A DNA stretch of 63,890 nucleotides, filler included, from Octopus bimaculoides (GCF_001194135.2; 4 parts of 4 records of this genome joined end to end with filler, not necessarily neighbours in it); one strand, 5' to 3'. Positions 12,504-26,730 are shown, numbered from the whole stretch's first letter. Notes: generated from the letters alone by a model not told the origin. Numbers and translations are program-made.

Positions 12504-12898
12504 GTAAGCCGTCCAGTTTTTATTGTAGCTAAATCGTTCGCTTTTTATTGCAACTATTATCGATTGAAATCTTGTAATACGTTACTTTCAGTGTTTTACC
12601 AGAATTAGTAGAACTTCTAGAAAAATGCCTTATGGTATTTTTTACATCCTTTGCCATCCCGCCGGCGTTAACTTCGTCAGTCTTTTGCATTTTTGTCTTT
12701 AAATTGATATTTCGAACAGTCGGGTAGATTGGCGTCACAAGCGTTGGAGTGGGTATTTGGTAGAAAGTTTATTACCCTATCACGTTTCCGAGTTCAGTAC
12801 CACTTCGTGCCATCTTCGGTAAGTGCCATCCATTATAGCACTAGGCGGATCACAACCAGTCAGTGGAACTAGCAGACAGAAACTTGAAAAACCGGCGT

Positions 12899-12938
<40 letters not shown>

Positions 12939-13694
12939 TATATACATGTATATATGTGTGTATATGTATAAGTATGTATCCAGTTTATAGATTAGAAACA
13001 GGTATTCTCTGTATAGAATAACCTTCGTAGTGCTCAAAAGATTTGAACTTGAGCAGTTAGACGAGTGAATGTAAGGACAAGTCGATATTAAAAAATATTA
13101 AGTGCATTTAATACAAAAATGTACATGTGTGTACATATACAAATGTCCGACTTACACAGAATGGAAATGATATCAAGAATTAAGGAAGTTGAGTAGGAGT
13201 TTTACAAGTCTAACAGCTGTTTCTGGGGGCTTGGTGGTCCAAGACATGCTTTAAATGAGTCTATCATCGGTACCCTCAGCCTCCGGGAAGAATTTCACAT
13301 TTGAGGTGTTGACAGAATGGAGCTTAGAGATGGAATGATTTTGTGGAGAGCTAAGTGTATTAGAAAGAGGAGTTGGTGTGTTAGATTGAAAGTAGTGGGT
13401 GCAGAAAATAGCTTTCTGGGTTAGGGTTAATAATGATTGGTTAGGTTTCAAATGTACTCGGTAACTGTTAAGGCTGGGGAGACTGAGAGGCAAGTGTGAA
13501 GTAGTTTGTTTGAAGAATTTGGAAGAAATTGGAGATGTTTGTATGACAGGGAGAAAGAATGTGGGTGTTATTATTTTTAGGCAGTAGTTTGCAAGGCTGA
13601 CCTTGTCCTGGTTTTACGTTGTTTGGGTTATGGAAATATTGCGGAATTATATAGATCTGGCGAAGTGCGTGTATATATATATATATATATATAT

Positions 13695-13890
13695 GGGGGT
13701 GGGGTCGATGCTTAAGTCGATATCATTAACCCCAGCACTCAACTGGTACTTAATTTATCGAGCTTAAAAGGATGAAAGGCAAAGTCGACCTAGGTGGAAT
13801 TTGAACTCAGAACGTAAAGACGGACGAAATGCCGCTTAGTATTTTGTTCGGTCGAAGCGTTTTCCTAACGATTCAGCCAGCTGTCCACCT
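13695..13890 (-). mobile_element. SINE family A
   Basis: ACTGGTACTTAATTTATCG...AAAGGATGAAAGGCAAAGTCGACC...GGAATTTGAACTCAGAACGTAAAGACGGACGAAATGCCGC. Confidence 0.9.
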
Positions 13891-14877
13891 TAACAAGCTA
13901 TGTAATATTCTGTAAAAACTATCTGTAGTACGGGTATTTTTCTATTTGTTGTGTCTTATGGACATATGGTAAGAATTCAATGCGTATTATATTGTTTTCA
14001 TTTGTTATATGTTATGTCTATTGTTTAGAGATTGTTCTGAAATATCCTACTGAATTGATAGGGCCTTGACTTGGAGATAGGTTACACCTATTAGGCCTAA
14101 TTTTTAGATCAGCATGTAAACTTGTCAGCCTCGGTATAGATTTTACATTTGCATTAATATTTTTTCCCCGCAAACTATTATTTGTAGTGTTCAAACCATT
14201 ATTGGATATGCTATCGCTATGTGATATCGATAGCATATCCTACCACGCTTGTAGCTAATTTCAATTCAGATATCCTATATAATTTGACAGTTTCTTGTCC
14301 ACCTTCCGTGCAATGTTGTGATCAAAAGGAAAGGAAATGTCTATCAAGGCAAAAACTGTTATTCATTCCGATCTTGGGGAATTATATCTGGACAGTTTGC
14401 GTTCATCGTGTTGTCACTCGGAACAGGCTTGTCTCAGATGATTACATCTAACTGTTTCCTCGGTACCATGTTTGATAAATATCCGTTCAACTTTTTTGAA
14501 GGATTTCTCTATTGTGTTGTGTAGACTGTTTTGTGCTGTGCGGCCTCTGTTTGATGACTGGGGACTGTACTACATGCTATGTGATCTCTCTTATGGTTTG
14601 TGTGGGCTCTTAAGTAGACCGTGTTCTATGTGCTGTGTGGCCTACATTATCAAATGTTATATAAAATGTATTGTTATATATTGTGTGGGCTGCGTTACTT
14701 GTTGTGAGGGCTGTATTATGTGTTGTGTGGACGATATGTTATTACGCGTTAAGTACAATATATTTTGATATATTGTGAGTGTTGTGTTGTATAACTTGTA
14801 TTATGCGTTTTGTGGCGTCTGTTTTGTTTTGTGTGGGCTGTATTGTTGTATTACGTACAATGTAGTGCTATGTGTGA

Positions 14878-15175
14878 AGGCATGTGGCTTAGGGGTTAGA
14901 GTATTGTGAGTTCAATTCCTAGCGACGTGTTGTATCCTTGATCAAGACACTTTATTTCACATTGCTCCAGTCCACGCAGCAGGCAAACATGAGTAGTACC
15001 TGTATTTTAATTGCCCAGCCTTGTCACACTTTGTGCCACATTGAATCTCCCTGAGAACTACGTTTAGAGTACACGTGTCTGTGGAGTGTCAGCCACTTGC
15101 ACAGTGATTTCACGACCAAGCTGTTCTTTTGATCGGATCAGGTTGGACCATTGTCTTTACAACCGACAAAGCCAG
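14878..15175 (+). mobile_element. tRNA-derived SINE, family C (CORE-like middle)
   Basis: GGCATGTGGCTTAGGGGTTAG (A box), GAGTTCAATTCC (B box), CCTTGATCAAGACACTTTATTTCACATTGCTCCAGTCCAC body. Confidence 0.7.
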
Positions 15176-16393
15176 ATAACCACACACACCCAGATATGTA
15201 TCTGAAAACAATAATCCTCTGCTTGAATGGACTACGGTTCCCCAGAGCTGACTGTGTATCTCTTATAAGTGATGCTATTAAATTAGACATGGCCTGAGTC
15301 AACTTCAGCCAAAACTTATCTAAGTAATCAAATCTAATAACTTTAATAAAAGCAGGACAACATAGGTAGAGGCTGATATTTTAACATTTCCGATGGTCTT
15401 AAGTATAAAAAAAATAATAATTAAAGGCTTACATAGAACTACCTACAGAGTATGTCTATAAGCTTTTGTGTTTAGACCTGGTTTCTATCCTCAAACTGTT
15501 CCGTTTTGTAGATGCAATTTTTTTTTTTTTTTTGATAAAGCACTCCGAAATTAGAAAAATCAAGAACTTGCAACAATCTTGGTCCCATGAGTATCGGATA
15601 ATGGATTTTCAACTGTGTAAAGAAACTGATTGTGGTGATTGTAGCTTTGACGGTGATTGTGGTGAAAGTAGAGACAGTGTTGATGATGATGATGGTCGAG
15701 ATAAGTATGGGATTTGCCGGCGTTGGTTTGGGAAATTGGGCGATTTTCAGCATGCGTGTATATGGGTGGAAATGAGCGGCTTGGCGGAGGTCTGTGCACT
15801 CCGAGTGCTTTTCTAGTTTAAAGAAATATCGTTATTTTGCTTTCGCTTTCTAACGAAAGTCCTAAGAGTAAACAAGGATTTAAGGCCTAAACCTACTTTC
15901 TATACTTCAAAACAACCATCAGACTTTCTCTTTGAAAACAACAACAACGCGTTTGAACGTATTGATAGGATACTGAAACTTCAAACCGTAAAATTTTACT
16001 GAAGTTATAAGGTATGAATATTTTCCTTCTATTTCGAAAGGTTGTTTACCGTTACTTATTGAATAAAATTATTCGTGGATCCTAATAGAAAACATGCAAT
16101 ATGGTGTTTTTGTACTTAGTTGCTTTAAAGCAATACTATCCATTCTAGCATAATTACATGCTGAAAGGGGTTGAATGTATATATTGAGAACTGATAATTT
16201 CAGGCTTTTCTAAGCACCTTTATGATCCCTACGTACCTGTTATCTCCTTTCATATGAACTGCGGGAGATTTTATGGTTAAAAAGAAGCCGCCGTGTTGTT
16301 AGAGATAGATGAGTATTTCCACACTTTTGAAGTCCATTCTCGTGTAGTTGGAACATGTCAAAAACAACCAGACCTACAAGCATCTAGAAATAA

Positions 16394-16607
16394 TTCTTTC
16401 AAATTTTGGCAGCAGGCCACCAAATTCGAGTAGGGGGTAAGTAGATTACATTAACCTCAGTACCTCACCTGGCACTTATGTTATCGACCCCGAAAGCATG
16501 AAAGACAAAGTCGACCTCGGTAGAATTAGAGCTCACACCGTAAAGACGGACGAAATGCCGGCAGGCATTTTGTGTTGCGTGCTGACGCATCTGTGGGCTC
16601 ACTTCCT
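16394..16607 (-). mobile_element. SINE family A
   Basis: TTTCAAATTTTGGC tail; ATCGACCCCGAAAGCATGAAAGACAAAGTCGACCTCGG central module. Confidence 0.88.
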
Positions 16608-16658
16608 GAAGCCTCTAGAAATATTGTTTGGATTTTGCGGCAAAACTTCCCAACAAAT

Positions 16659-16824
16659 GGCGTGGTTGTGTGGTAACAAATTTGCTTCCCAAACACATGG
16701 TTCCAGATTCAGTGCCACTGCGTAGCACCTTGCGCAAATGTCTTCCAATATAGCCCCAAATCAACCAAAGCCTTCTGAGTGGATGTGGTACACGAAAACT
16801 GAAAGAAACCCGTCGAATATTTTA

Positions 16825-16857
<33 letters not shown>

Positions 16858-16962
16858 AAAGCTTTCAAAGAGAGATGTTCAATAACATTTCTTTAAAGTA
16901 AAGAATATTTTCGAAAATAATGTGGCCGTCCTGGAAGGAACGATTGTTAGTGTTGTTTAGGT

Positions 16963-17023
<61 letters not shown>

Positions 17024-17170
17024 CATTCCTGTAACTTAGCGGCTCGGCAGGATAACAGACCGACAGGATAAGTATCAGGCTTACAAGTATAAATCCTGGG
17101 GTCGATGTGTTCCATTAATGGCGTTGATCCAGTATGGTCGCAGTCAAATAACAGAGAAATAAAAGAATAA
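16659..17170 (+). mobile_element. SINE family B, full length with expanded internal (TA)n
   Basis: Head GGCGTGGTTGTGTGGTAAC...GGTTCCAGATTCAGTGCCACTGCG; 3' part CCTGGGGTCGATGTG...GGTCGCAGTCAAAT...AAAAGAATAA. Confidence 0.85.
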
Positions 17171-17954
17171 TATGGCAAAAAATTGTATTTCGACAGTTGG
17201 TACACAAGCATTGATCTTAGAAAGAATGTACGTGAACAGAGTATAGCGAGTGTGTTAGCACAGTTCGTACCAATCGTTTATTTAGCTGGAAGTGGTCATC
17301 GACCACGAGTCCGCTGCTCTAGCCGCTAGGCCGTGTGCCACTACATATGGAAAAGGACTGCACAGTAACTTTCTTGCATTGCTGAGGTCATAATAAAAAG
17401 TAAGTGTGTTAATGAGAGGAAGATAGAGAAAGAGAGAGAGATGCATTAGATTGATCATGTCTGGGAGGTTAAGCACAAATGGAGAGCTAAGCTCATTACT
17501 GCTACACTCCATTGGACCAACAAACATCTATACATGTAACATAACTTTATCGACTTACTCTATAAGAACATGATGTTTTGTCCCACTGAGAACCCGAATA
17601 TATCATGGACTATGAAATGCGGCGAAATCAGATCTGGCTAAACCACGTGGTTAACTCGACTAGAAGATGAAGATGATCGGGAGGAGGAGGAGGCTAACTA
17701 TGAAGTCAAAGATGATGATGATAAAATATATTTCGTGGTTTTCTATAGTTGAACTACGCTACAAAATATTATATCAAATTATATTGCTCAATAGGATGCT
17801 GGAAACTTTTGGTATACCCTGTATAGAAATGCAATCTTTTTGTATATTTGCGTTCATGTACACACACGCACACACCCGCACATACCCATTCACACACATA
17901 CAGCCATGCATACATAAATACACATATATATATGCATACATGTATATAAGTATA

Positions 17955-18031
<77 letters not shown>

Positions 18032-18257
18032 GTATATACACATATATATATGTATATCTATCTATCTATCTATCTATCAATATATATATATATGTGTGTG
18101 TGTGTGTATGTATCTATATATTTCATCTCAGATTTTTTGTGCACATGCTTATTCATCTACAGAATAATCTGGGCATGAATATAAATCTAAATCTATTGAT
18201 ATATATATCCATGTGCTTGAGTCATAACCACATATACTTCCACAAATACACTGACTC

Positions 18258-18337
<80 letters not shown>

Positions 18338-18699
18338 GTCTACATTTACGAATGTACATAAACGTTGACATATGAATACGTAATACAATATTCGGCTTAC
18401 AATAAGTAGCGAATGAAAATTTTTAATAAACTATTTAATATTCCAATCATAATTCTTCATTTCAACTGTATCTAACAGACCTACTCTATTAAGAAAAAAA
18501 TGACTTTACTTTTGTTATTTCCCACCCTTAACTCTTTGTGTTTCCTGATATTTCTATGAATCTTTTTACTCGTTTACTCTACCAGACTCTGTTGGTCATT
18601 TGAAAACTATTAACATTTGCTTTTAAGCATGAATGCATATATATTCGCATGCTTTGATTGCATGTGTGGTGTGTAGATGCTGAGAAAGGTATGGATGTG

Positions 18700-19510
18700 T
18701 GAATTTTATATATATAACACAATTGAAAAGTTACTAATAGTTTCATGCTTCTATGATACTTTAACTAGTCATATTTATAAAACTATAAAATACCCCATGT
18801 ATCTGCTAGCACTTTTTCAGCCTCTGGCTATGAGTTATATATATTTTGAACAATAAAGACATTTTGAAAACGAGGGCAGTGACGCTGGACATTGAGAAAG
18901 AATAACCAGAAGAAGATTGACACAAAAAAAATTGAACGAGCAGAAAGAAACTAAAGCAGGAAGACCATGATTAGAAAGCAAGAAGAAAGCTAGAAGACTC
19001 ATTACAGAAACAACAATTAATGTAGGAAAAGTTAAGGAAAAATGTCAAAGTTTGCGAGACGCGGGCTTAGTCCGGTACGGCTGGTGTCCTCCATTTCGAC
19101 AAAAGATACCTGTTCATTTGTCTGCGCCTGCTAAAACCTAAGCAGTTTGTTGGAGTTCTTTTTCCTACGCATAATTTGCATTTCTTTGATCCTTTAAGAT
19201 CTGGCGATTCCCCGCTTGATAGTGTACGGTCTGGAGTTGGTTTTCAAACTCCACACGTGGCCAGACAAATTACTTGCATTAATTATTTGGATGTAGCGTA
19301 ATTAAGACAGACGCCCAGCACAACGTCCTTCAAAATCGCTCTCACATAAGTCGCTGTAAATCTACTTTTCAACTAAGTTACAATTAAGCGTTGCTATTGC
19401 ATCTGCCTCATATATGAGGGAGTATATCATACACGTCTGATCAAATGGGCAAAGCTCAGTGTATCGACAGCTACAATGGTGATGTTTACAAGTTATATTG
19501 TTCTTCATAT
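18700..19510 (-). mobile_element. Penelope-like element: complete decayed GIY-YIG domain plus 3' end
   Basis: Minus translation CSCRYTELCPFDQTCMIYSLIYEA...LSGHVWSLKTNSRPYTIK...KCKLC resembles the PLE CNC..CPL.G.C...IY.A...LS.HIW.LK pattern. The 3' end is homologous to 7320-7440 (GATAC-TGGGGT-TTTTAT; CATGAAACT-TTAGTAAC). Confidence 0.8.
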
Positions 19511-19716
19511 TGGGGCATTGTTTGTATATACACACACACACACGCTTACATACACTTATATATCTATATCTATCTATCCATCTGTATATATATGAATTAA
19601 ATATTTACAATATAGTTAATTGTTTTATGATTTAAGTTATATAAAGTTTAATCTTTCATTCATAATAAAATTTTCATTCATGTTTTTATATCTATCCTTT
19701 TTCTTTACGCCTCATA

Positions 19717-19786
<70 letters not shown>

Positions 19787-19877
19787 TATGTATGCATGTG
19801 CGTGTATGTGTGTGTGTGTTATAGGCTTGTTGATACAAACAGGTAAAATGTATCACAAAGTTGGGTAAATATTTTAA

Positions 19878-19985
19878 ATGTTTTTACTTGTCATTCCTTT
19901 GAATACGACCATGCTGGAGCACTTCCTTAAAGTGTTTTCTAGTTGAAGAAATCGACCCCAGCACTTTGTATGCCTAGTGCTCAAT
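19878..19985 (-). mobile_element. SINE family B, 3' tail fragment
   Basis: CGACCATGCTGGAGCAC...GAAATCGACCCCAG is the reverse complement of the family B tail. Confidence 0.75.
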
Positions 19986-20840
19986 TTTTTTTTTTTTTTG
20001 CAATAGAAATTAATTATAAAAAGCTGCAAAAATATGAAGCCGAAGAAGAAGCTTCGTAGATGTTGATGGGATATAGATAAGAACAATATTAATATTGTGA
20101 ATGCATGAGAGAAGCAGAAGTAAAGTATCAGAAGTTATGAAATATATACGCGTAGCATGAACGCGAAGATTTAAAATGTAAAATAAATGCACAAGAAATT
20201 GCTGAAAAAATATGCATTAAAATCATACACGTGTGCAAGACAACTTAAAAAAACCCAGCATTACATGACCAGGGGGCAGACGTTGTAATGGAATACACGT
20301 TGCTTTTAATGCAACTATAAGTTTTAAAGTCACAGTAGTTGTAAGTTACCAGGAAAGCAACGATAATGGAAACAATAAGAAAAGATGGTAGCGAGGTTTT
20401 TCGGTTCAGGGAAATAATAAATAGTCAATAAACAGTCAATACTTGGTCAATAAATAAAGCGGTTAAGATCGTATATTTCAATGTGTCAGTTCAATACATT
20501 TAAGACATTAGGCAGCTAAAAAATTGCACAATAAATACTTCGAAGTGTGCTTGCTAGAATTCAATAATTCGATATTTTTTTCTCAAACTTGCCTTCCGTA
20601 GAATAAACTAAAAAGTGAGAATTTTCGCTCATACATATTGTACACTGCACGGTTGATCAAAGAATATTCTAAGATTGGCCAACGTATTCTATATGATATG
20701 GTTGAATAGAATACATTTAAACGCGAAATGGAAACATGTGCAGTAGATATTTTTTTTCCAGATATTGAAAGGAAATTATAATGTTGGTAATAACGCGTCT
20801 TGAAATTATTATTCGTTTATCCAATTATCTTCTAAACATT

Positions 20841-21052
20841 CTTACTTCTTTACTACCCACAAGGGGCTACACACAGAGGGGACAAACAAGGTCAAACAAA
20901 CGGATTAAATCGATTATATCGACCCCAGTGCGTAACTGGTACTTATTTAATCGACCCCAAAAGGATGAAGGGCAAAGTCAACCTCGGCGGAATTTGAACT
21001 CAGAACGAAGCATTTCGCCCGGCGTGCTAACGTTTCTGCCAGCTAGCCGCCT
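20841..21052 (-). mobile_element. SINE family A, variant with a different 3' tail
   Basis: Head (reverse complement) AGGCGGCTAGCTGGCAGAAACGTTAGCACGCCGGGCG, B box GAGTTCAAATTCC, central module; tail (as read on +) CCCACAAGGGGCTACACACAGAGGGGACAAACAAGG. Confidence 0.9.
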
Positions 21053-23758
21053 GTATCTTCTCAACATTCTGCTTCATAAATATGTATGTGTGCATGTATC
21101 TTATAGATAGGCACATATAGATTAACTCTGTGTGTGTATGTGAGAGTATGTTTATTTGTGTGCGTTGTGTATGTGTTATACTTCTATGCAAAGCCAATAC
21201 ACTTGTTCGCTCAGCTGTGACTAACAGTGAATTAAAAGATTAAGCGCTTAAAATTTAACACCAGTTTATATAAACCAGCCTCATGTGTTATATCTTCCTG
21301 AGTTTACCAAAACACACTAATCCGGTTTAAAACAACAAAAAACCTGTTTAGGACGACTGAATGATTCCGTTATTGTTACTTTTGCTGTGGTTTTTGTTAT
21401 TTACGTTATTCTCATCGCCACTGGGTGTGTCACTTGTGATCAGCCCGTCCGTTCTCAAGCCGATCTAAAATTCCCATTGAACATTTTTTTTGTTTTCATA
21501 TTAAATCACTAGGGCATAAATTGAGGGAAAATTTGCCTGCCATTTCTTGCTATGTGAGAGGTCACGGAAAGCCTTCCATTTGGTTTCTGTCACAGTTGAC
21601 ACTGTTTTTGGCCCCGTTGTATAAAAGGGCATCTGACTTCAACGACCGAAACTATAACTAAAAGCTTTGGATTTCTTAAACTTCCGTGTCGTTTTTCCAA
21701 ACGCATAGCATCAGCATTCAATTTTGGACTCTCCAAACGGCATATTGAATGTTGTTTTTTTCAAAACACTATATTTAAATTAGAATGTTATTTCTAATAA
21801 CTTAAATGATATATATATATATATATATATATAGATAGATAGATAGATGGAGAGAGAGAAATTGACAAAGAAGCACACTGACAGGTTCAAATATGTGTAT
21901 GTGTGTGTCTATAGCTTTTTTCTTTTTCGTGTTTTGAAAAGGAAGCTGACGACTATACTTGTTATTTGATAGAGATACGAAAATTCTAGAATTTCTAATT
22001 TTATATAAAACAATCAAGAAACTTGAAGATTTAGAATGAAATCCTTATTAAATTATTCGAAGAATTACATTAAAAGATCACTGTAGCTTGTATTATTGAA
22101 ATATTCATTGCGCTGTTGTACATATATACGATGAAAACCCTTTCAAAAATATTGAAAATTATTATGATAAAGCTTAAAGAAATATATTTCAGAAATGCAT
22201 TAAATAGCCTCAATAAACATATAATTAGAAAATTCAAATTTCAGTGGAATAATCCCCTTTTATTTCGATTGTAAGTAGTTGTTGAGCAAATACATTTTAA
22301 AATTAAATGGTATTATTTGCCTCAAAGAATTGCATTTAAGAAAACCATGAAACCTTGAACGCTCGTTAATTGCATTAATATTAACCATTCCAATATTAAG
22401 AATTTCGCTACCTCTTCAGTTATCATTAACAATAGAAAATTAACATCTAAACAACTGCCAAAACGCTACAAAATTTAATTGCTTTGTAAGAACAACTTGT
22501 CATTTAGATGGAATTTGTTTAGCTATTCCCAGCAGAAAATAAGCAACAGTTATTATTCCATCGATAAATATGATGTAAGTTTAACGGTGGATACTTGAAT
22601 ACCATATGTAGTCAACATAAATATACATTTCATATTCCGTTCAGGAATTTGGGTACATTCTTGTCGAAAAATATATGTAATCTATATTTCACGAATTTAA
22701 GTTTTAATACACTATGAAATTAAATAATTTGCTAAAGGCTTACAGAGAAACAACTACATTTGTCAGATTTGCTTCACAAGCTGTGAAGTCATTCGGTTGC
22801 CTGATAAAGATATGCCGGTCTTAATTCAGAGCTCGCTTTGTCTTGCTCGCAGAGTTGAATCCGAAAGATTAAAACTCAAGTCAGGAAAAGAACAGGAAAA
22901 TACAAGCATGTCGTATGTTGCTTGAAAAATTATGATATAATAAAACAATAAATTGATATTTGCAAATAAATTCATATAAAGCGAAAAGAGAATTACTAGT
23001 AATTTTATTTCTTACATTTTTCGATTGAATCACCGAGATAGATGGACGATTCTAGCTATTTCGATAAACATTATATTTCTAGAGAAATAAATAAAAGATA
23101 AACATAGTCTTGGCATTGCATATATCTCTCGGGTATTATGTAAAATATACTCGAATCACATGCATTTTGAAAGTCTGATGTAGGGTCTACATGGAAGTCG
23201 TCTTTAAATATGCAAACGTAATACGCGTATGATAAAGAGTTAGAACATGAAGCCATGCTGGATCACCGTATGTAGGGCAATTTGGATTGTTTCCAGCATT
23301 ATATATCTATTATGAAATACCAAGTTGGACAGTGCTGGTCTTTTTACCTCCTGCTACTATGTGTGTTCATTTGGTACACCCCCCCCCCCCCACTAAAAAA
23401 AAACACGTCAAGTGTTCATTGAAATCCTCAGCATCTCCAACTCGCAAATCTCCTAGGTCTTTCGTACGAATGTTGCACAGTTGTAAACCATTGTATCCTA
23501 AGCTATTACAGTACTGAGTTCTTTCACGAGATGGAGAAAATGACGTCATGGACATGATGCAGTACCGTCCACTTCGGAGGTTCGTATAGCATTTAATTTT
23601 AAAGTTGGGAGGCTAGCCATTGCACGACCATCCTTATGTATATCATTGCATATCTCATGTAGCTTCACTATAGATAATAGAGTTTCAGTCCCTCTAGCCT
23701 CTTCCATGCTGGACAGATGAAATCTACAAGTTTTTTTCATCCTCTGTTAATTTTTACT

Positions 23759-23797
23759 TCCTTTCTGTTGGAGAGCGTAGGCTCGAAACGCAAAGGA
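23759..23797 (+). ncRNA. Degenerate minimal hammerhead-like motif
   Basis: CCTTT-CTGTTGG-A-GAGC(GTAG)GCTC-GAAA-CG-CA-AAGG: helix II is perfect and helix I partly paired, but the core deviates at A6, A9 and U16.1. Confidence 0.4.
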
Positions 23798-24046
23798 CTT
23801 TTGCCATTTTTCCCAAGCTTCAAACCAATACACTTGTTGTTCATACACCTACCTTTGTTTTTTGTTTTTCTATAAATTATATGTACGTGTGCGTGTGTAT
23901 ACACATAAATGCGTGTATATGTGTATATAATTTGCGTATATAAGTTGCATTTATTTTGTACAGGTATTCACATACACAAAAAAGCACATACATACATACA
24001 TACAGAATGAAAGAAGTACATGAACACACAAGTACATGCATAACCC

Positions 24047-24104
<58 letters not shown>

Positions 24105-24976
24105 CATACAAGGAGAGAGAGAGAAAAAGAGGGAAGAGAATGCTAAGTAGACAGATGGATATTTTCAGAGTTAAAAGCAACTATAAAAAAGATATGCAAT
24201 TATCTTCGTCAGATAATTGGTTTGAAAATGGCAGATAGGCGTCCTCACACTCTTACCATCTCATTCAGACGCAAATACATATGGTCTTTTACATATGTTA
24301 TATTAAAAAAAACTTGACTTGATGAATTCTGTACGTTCTACTGTAGGAGAGAAAGAAGCATACGTCATGATTCTGAGTGATATATTGGTCATACGTGCAC
24401 AAATCCCTGTCGCAAAATCACTATGCATTTATGTATAATAAGCAATTGCAACGGGCACCACAAAAGGTAATACAGTAAACTATACATATAAATGCATTTA
24501 TATATATATATATATATATATATACATGCATACACACTTATAGATGCACATATATATACATATATATATACACACGCATGCATACAAACATATCCATTCA
24601 TCCATGCGTAAGTACGTGGAGGAGACTCGACACATATGTGTGTGTGTGTATTTATTACATGTGNNNNNNNNNNTATGTAGAAGAAGCAACAGAGAGATCC
24701 AAGTTCCAAGAGTTTCCTGCGTTGGCACCCACACACGAATCTCTCAGACCTTGAGTTCCAAATTTCCAGTTTTCACCAATGTCGGATCGGTCAATATATC
24801 TGGGAGATTACAAAATTATTATTCATTAACAAGAACACCATTGACAGTGACCTCGAAAATTTGACCAGCTAAGCCATCATCTTTATATATATGAATGAAT
24901 ATTCGCATGTGTATGAGTATTGTGTGCATGTATAAAATACAACTAATACTCGATTTCATGAAAAGCCATCCCTCGG

Positions 24977-25200
24977 TTATTCTCCTAAAAATGTTCCGTT
25001 CTGATATTCTTTTCGGTCATGCTCAGAATACAGAAAAATTTCGCACAGATGACAGCTATGGGTTTCTCTTTCGGAAGCTGCTTCGAAGGTACTTTCATGA
25101 ACCTTCAACAGACGTGCCAGTTCTCGACCGGTTGCACGTTCTTTTCTCCATTCTTTGTAGGTAGACATGCAGTATAATACACGGTTAACAACTTCACTTT
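24977..25200 (-). mobile_element. Possible highly decayed GIY-YIG (PLE) fragment
   Basis: TGRELARLLKVH resembles TGR.L..RLKEH; nothing more is recognisable. Confidence 0.35.
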
Positions 25201-25250
25201 TTCTGTAGCGTCTCTGACGACATCAAATATATTATTTACTTAAACAATAG

Positions 25251-25299
<49 letters not shown>

Positions 25300-25549
25300 G
25301 TTATGACTATAGCGAATTTATCTACTGATATATGTGTGTGCGTGTTTCATGCGTATGTATATATTTATGCATCATGCAATATGTATGTATATACATACAT
25401 ATATAGACGTAGACACATACACAAAGATATATTTTTATATATGCATATATGTACATAATTGTTGCAGTGGAGTGTATATAAAAACTAATCGAAAAGCTCA
25501 TACTTACACAATATATATATATATATACGTATGTATGTATGTATATATG

Positions 25550-25585
<36 letters not shown>

Positions 25586-26674
25586 TGTACGTACGCATGA
25601 CTGTAGTTATGTGTGGACATGTATATACGCATGTAGATGGCTTTCGGGAAAAAAAGTGTTTAAAAAAGAGAACTTAAAGAACTGCAAATGTCATTGTACT
25701 ATTATACTCCGTACAGAAATCTGTATTTTAGCTGCCTCAAAGAGAGAGAAAGAAAGAAAGACAGAAAGAAAGGTAGGAAGAAAAAATGACAAGAAGGAAG
25801 AAAAGAGAGAAAGAAATAAGAGAGAAAAGAAAATAGGAAAATTAACTTAAATAAAATGCGAGCGACATATAATAATAATAATAATGACCAGAAGAGGAAG
25901 GAGAGGAAGAAAAAGAGGAAGACGAAGCAGAACAACAGCAGCAACAAAAACAGCAACAAGAAATTATTAAATAAATGCATAAATAAATACACAAAAAAAG
26001 CAACTATTAAGAATTGCGAAGGAAACACGTGATCTATTGTCGATGAATGCAATTTTATATCGCATGTTCAAAAGATAAGATATTTGGAAGTAATAGAGCA
26101 AATATGAAATATGCGTGCGTATATACACACACACATATATATATACGTACGTAATACATATATACATGTATGCGTATATACATACATACATATACGTATA
26201 TATATATATACATGTATATATACATATATATACATATGTATATATATATACATATATATATACAGATATGTATATATTCATATGCATTCATATATGCATG
26301 TATATATATATATACATACATATATGTATATATTTATATACATACATATATGTATGTATATATATATATATATATACCTTTATATACATATATATATCTA
26401 TAAACATATTTACATACACACACACACACACACAAACATATATATATATGTATATATGGATATATATACATATATGCACGAATATATATGTAGATAGATA
26501 AATAGAAAGATATATACAAATATATATATATTATATATATATATAAACACATACATGTAAAGTTATACACATATAGGGTATATATATATATTATATATAT
26601 ATATAAACACATACATGTAAAGTTATACACNNNNNNNNNNNNNNNNNNNNNNNNNNNNNNNNNNNNNNNNNNNN

Positions 26675-26686
26675 TTAATTAATTAA
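26675..26686. other. Artificial scaffold linker N44-TTAATTAATTAA-N44
   Basis: Identical 100-nt construct occurs three times in the window; the 12-mer has stop codons in all six frames. Confidence 0.92.
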
Positions 26687-26730
26687 NNNNNNNNNNNNNN
26701 NNNNNNNNNNNNNNNNNNNNNNNNNNNNNN

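Noticed and set aside
13250-13670. Possible PLE N-terminal/linker remnant on the minus strand
   Set aside because: Too decayed to assign by eye.
26521-26630. 60-bp tandem duplication next to a scaffold end
   Set aside because: Abuts an artificial linker; probably an assembly or contig-end effect or simple slippage.
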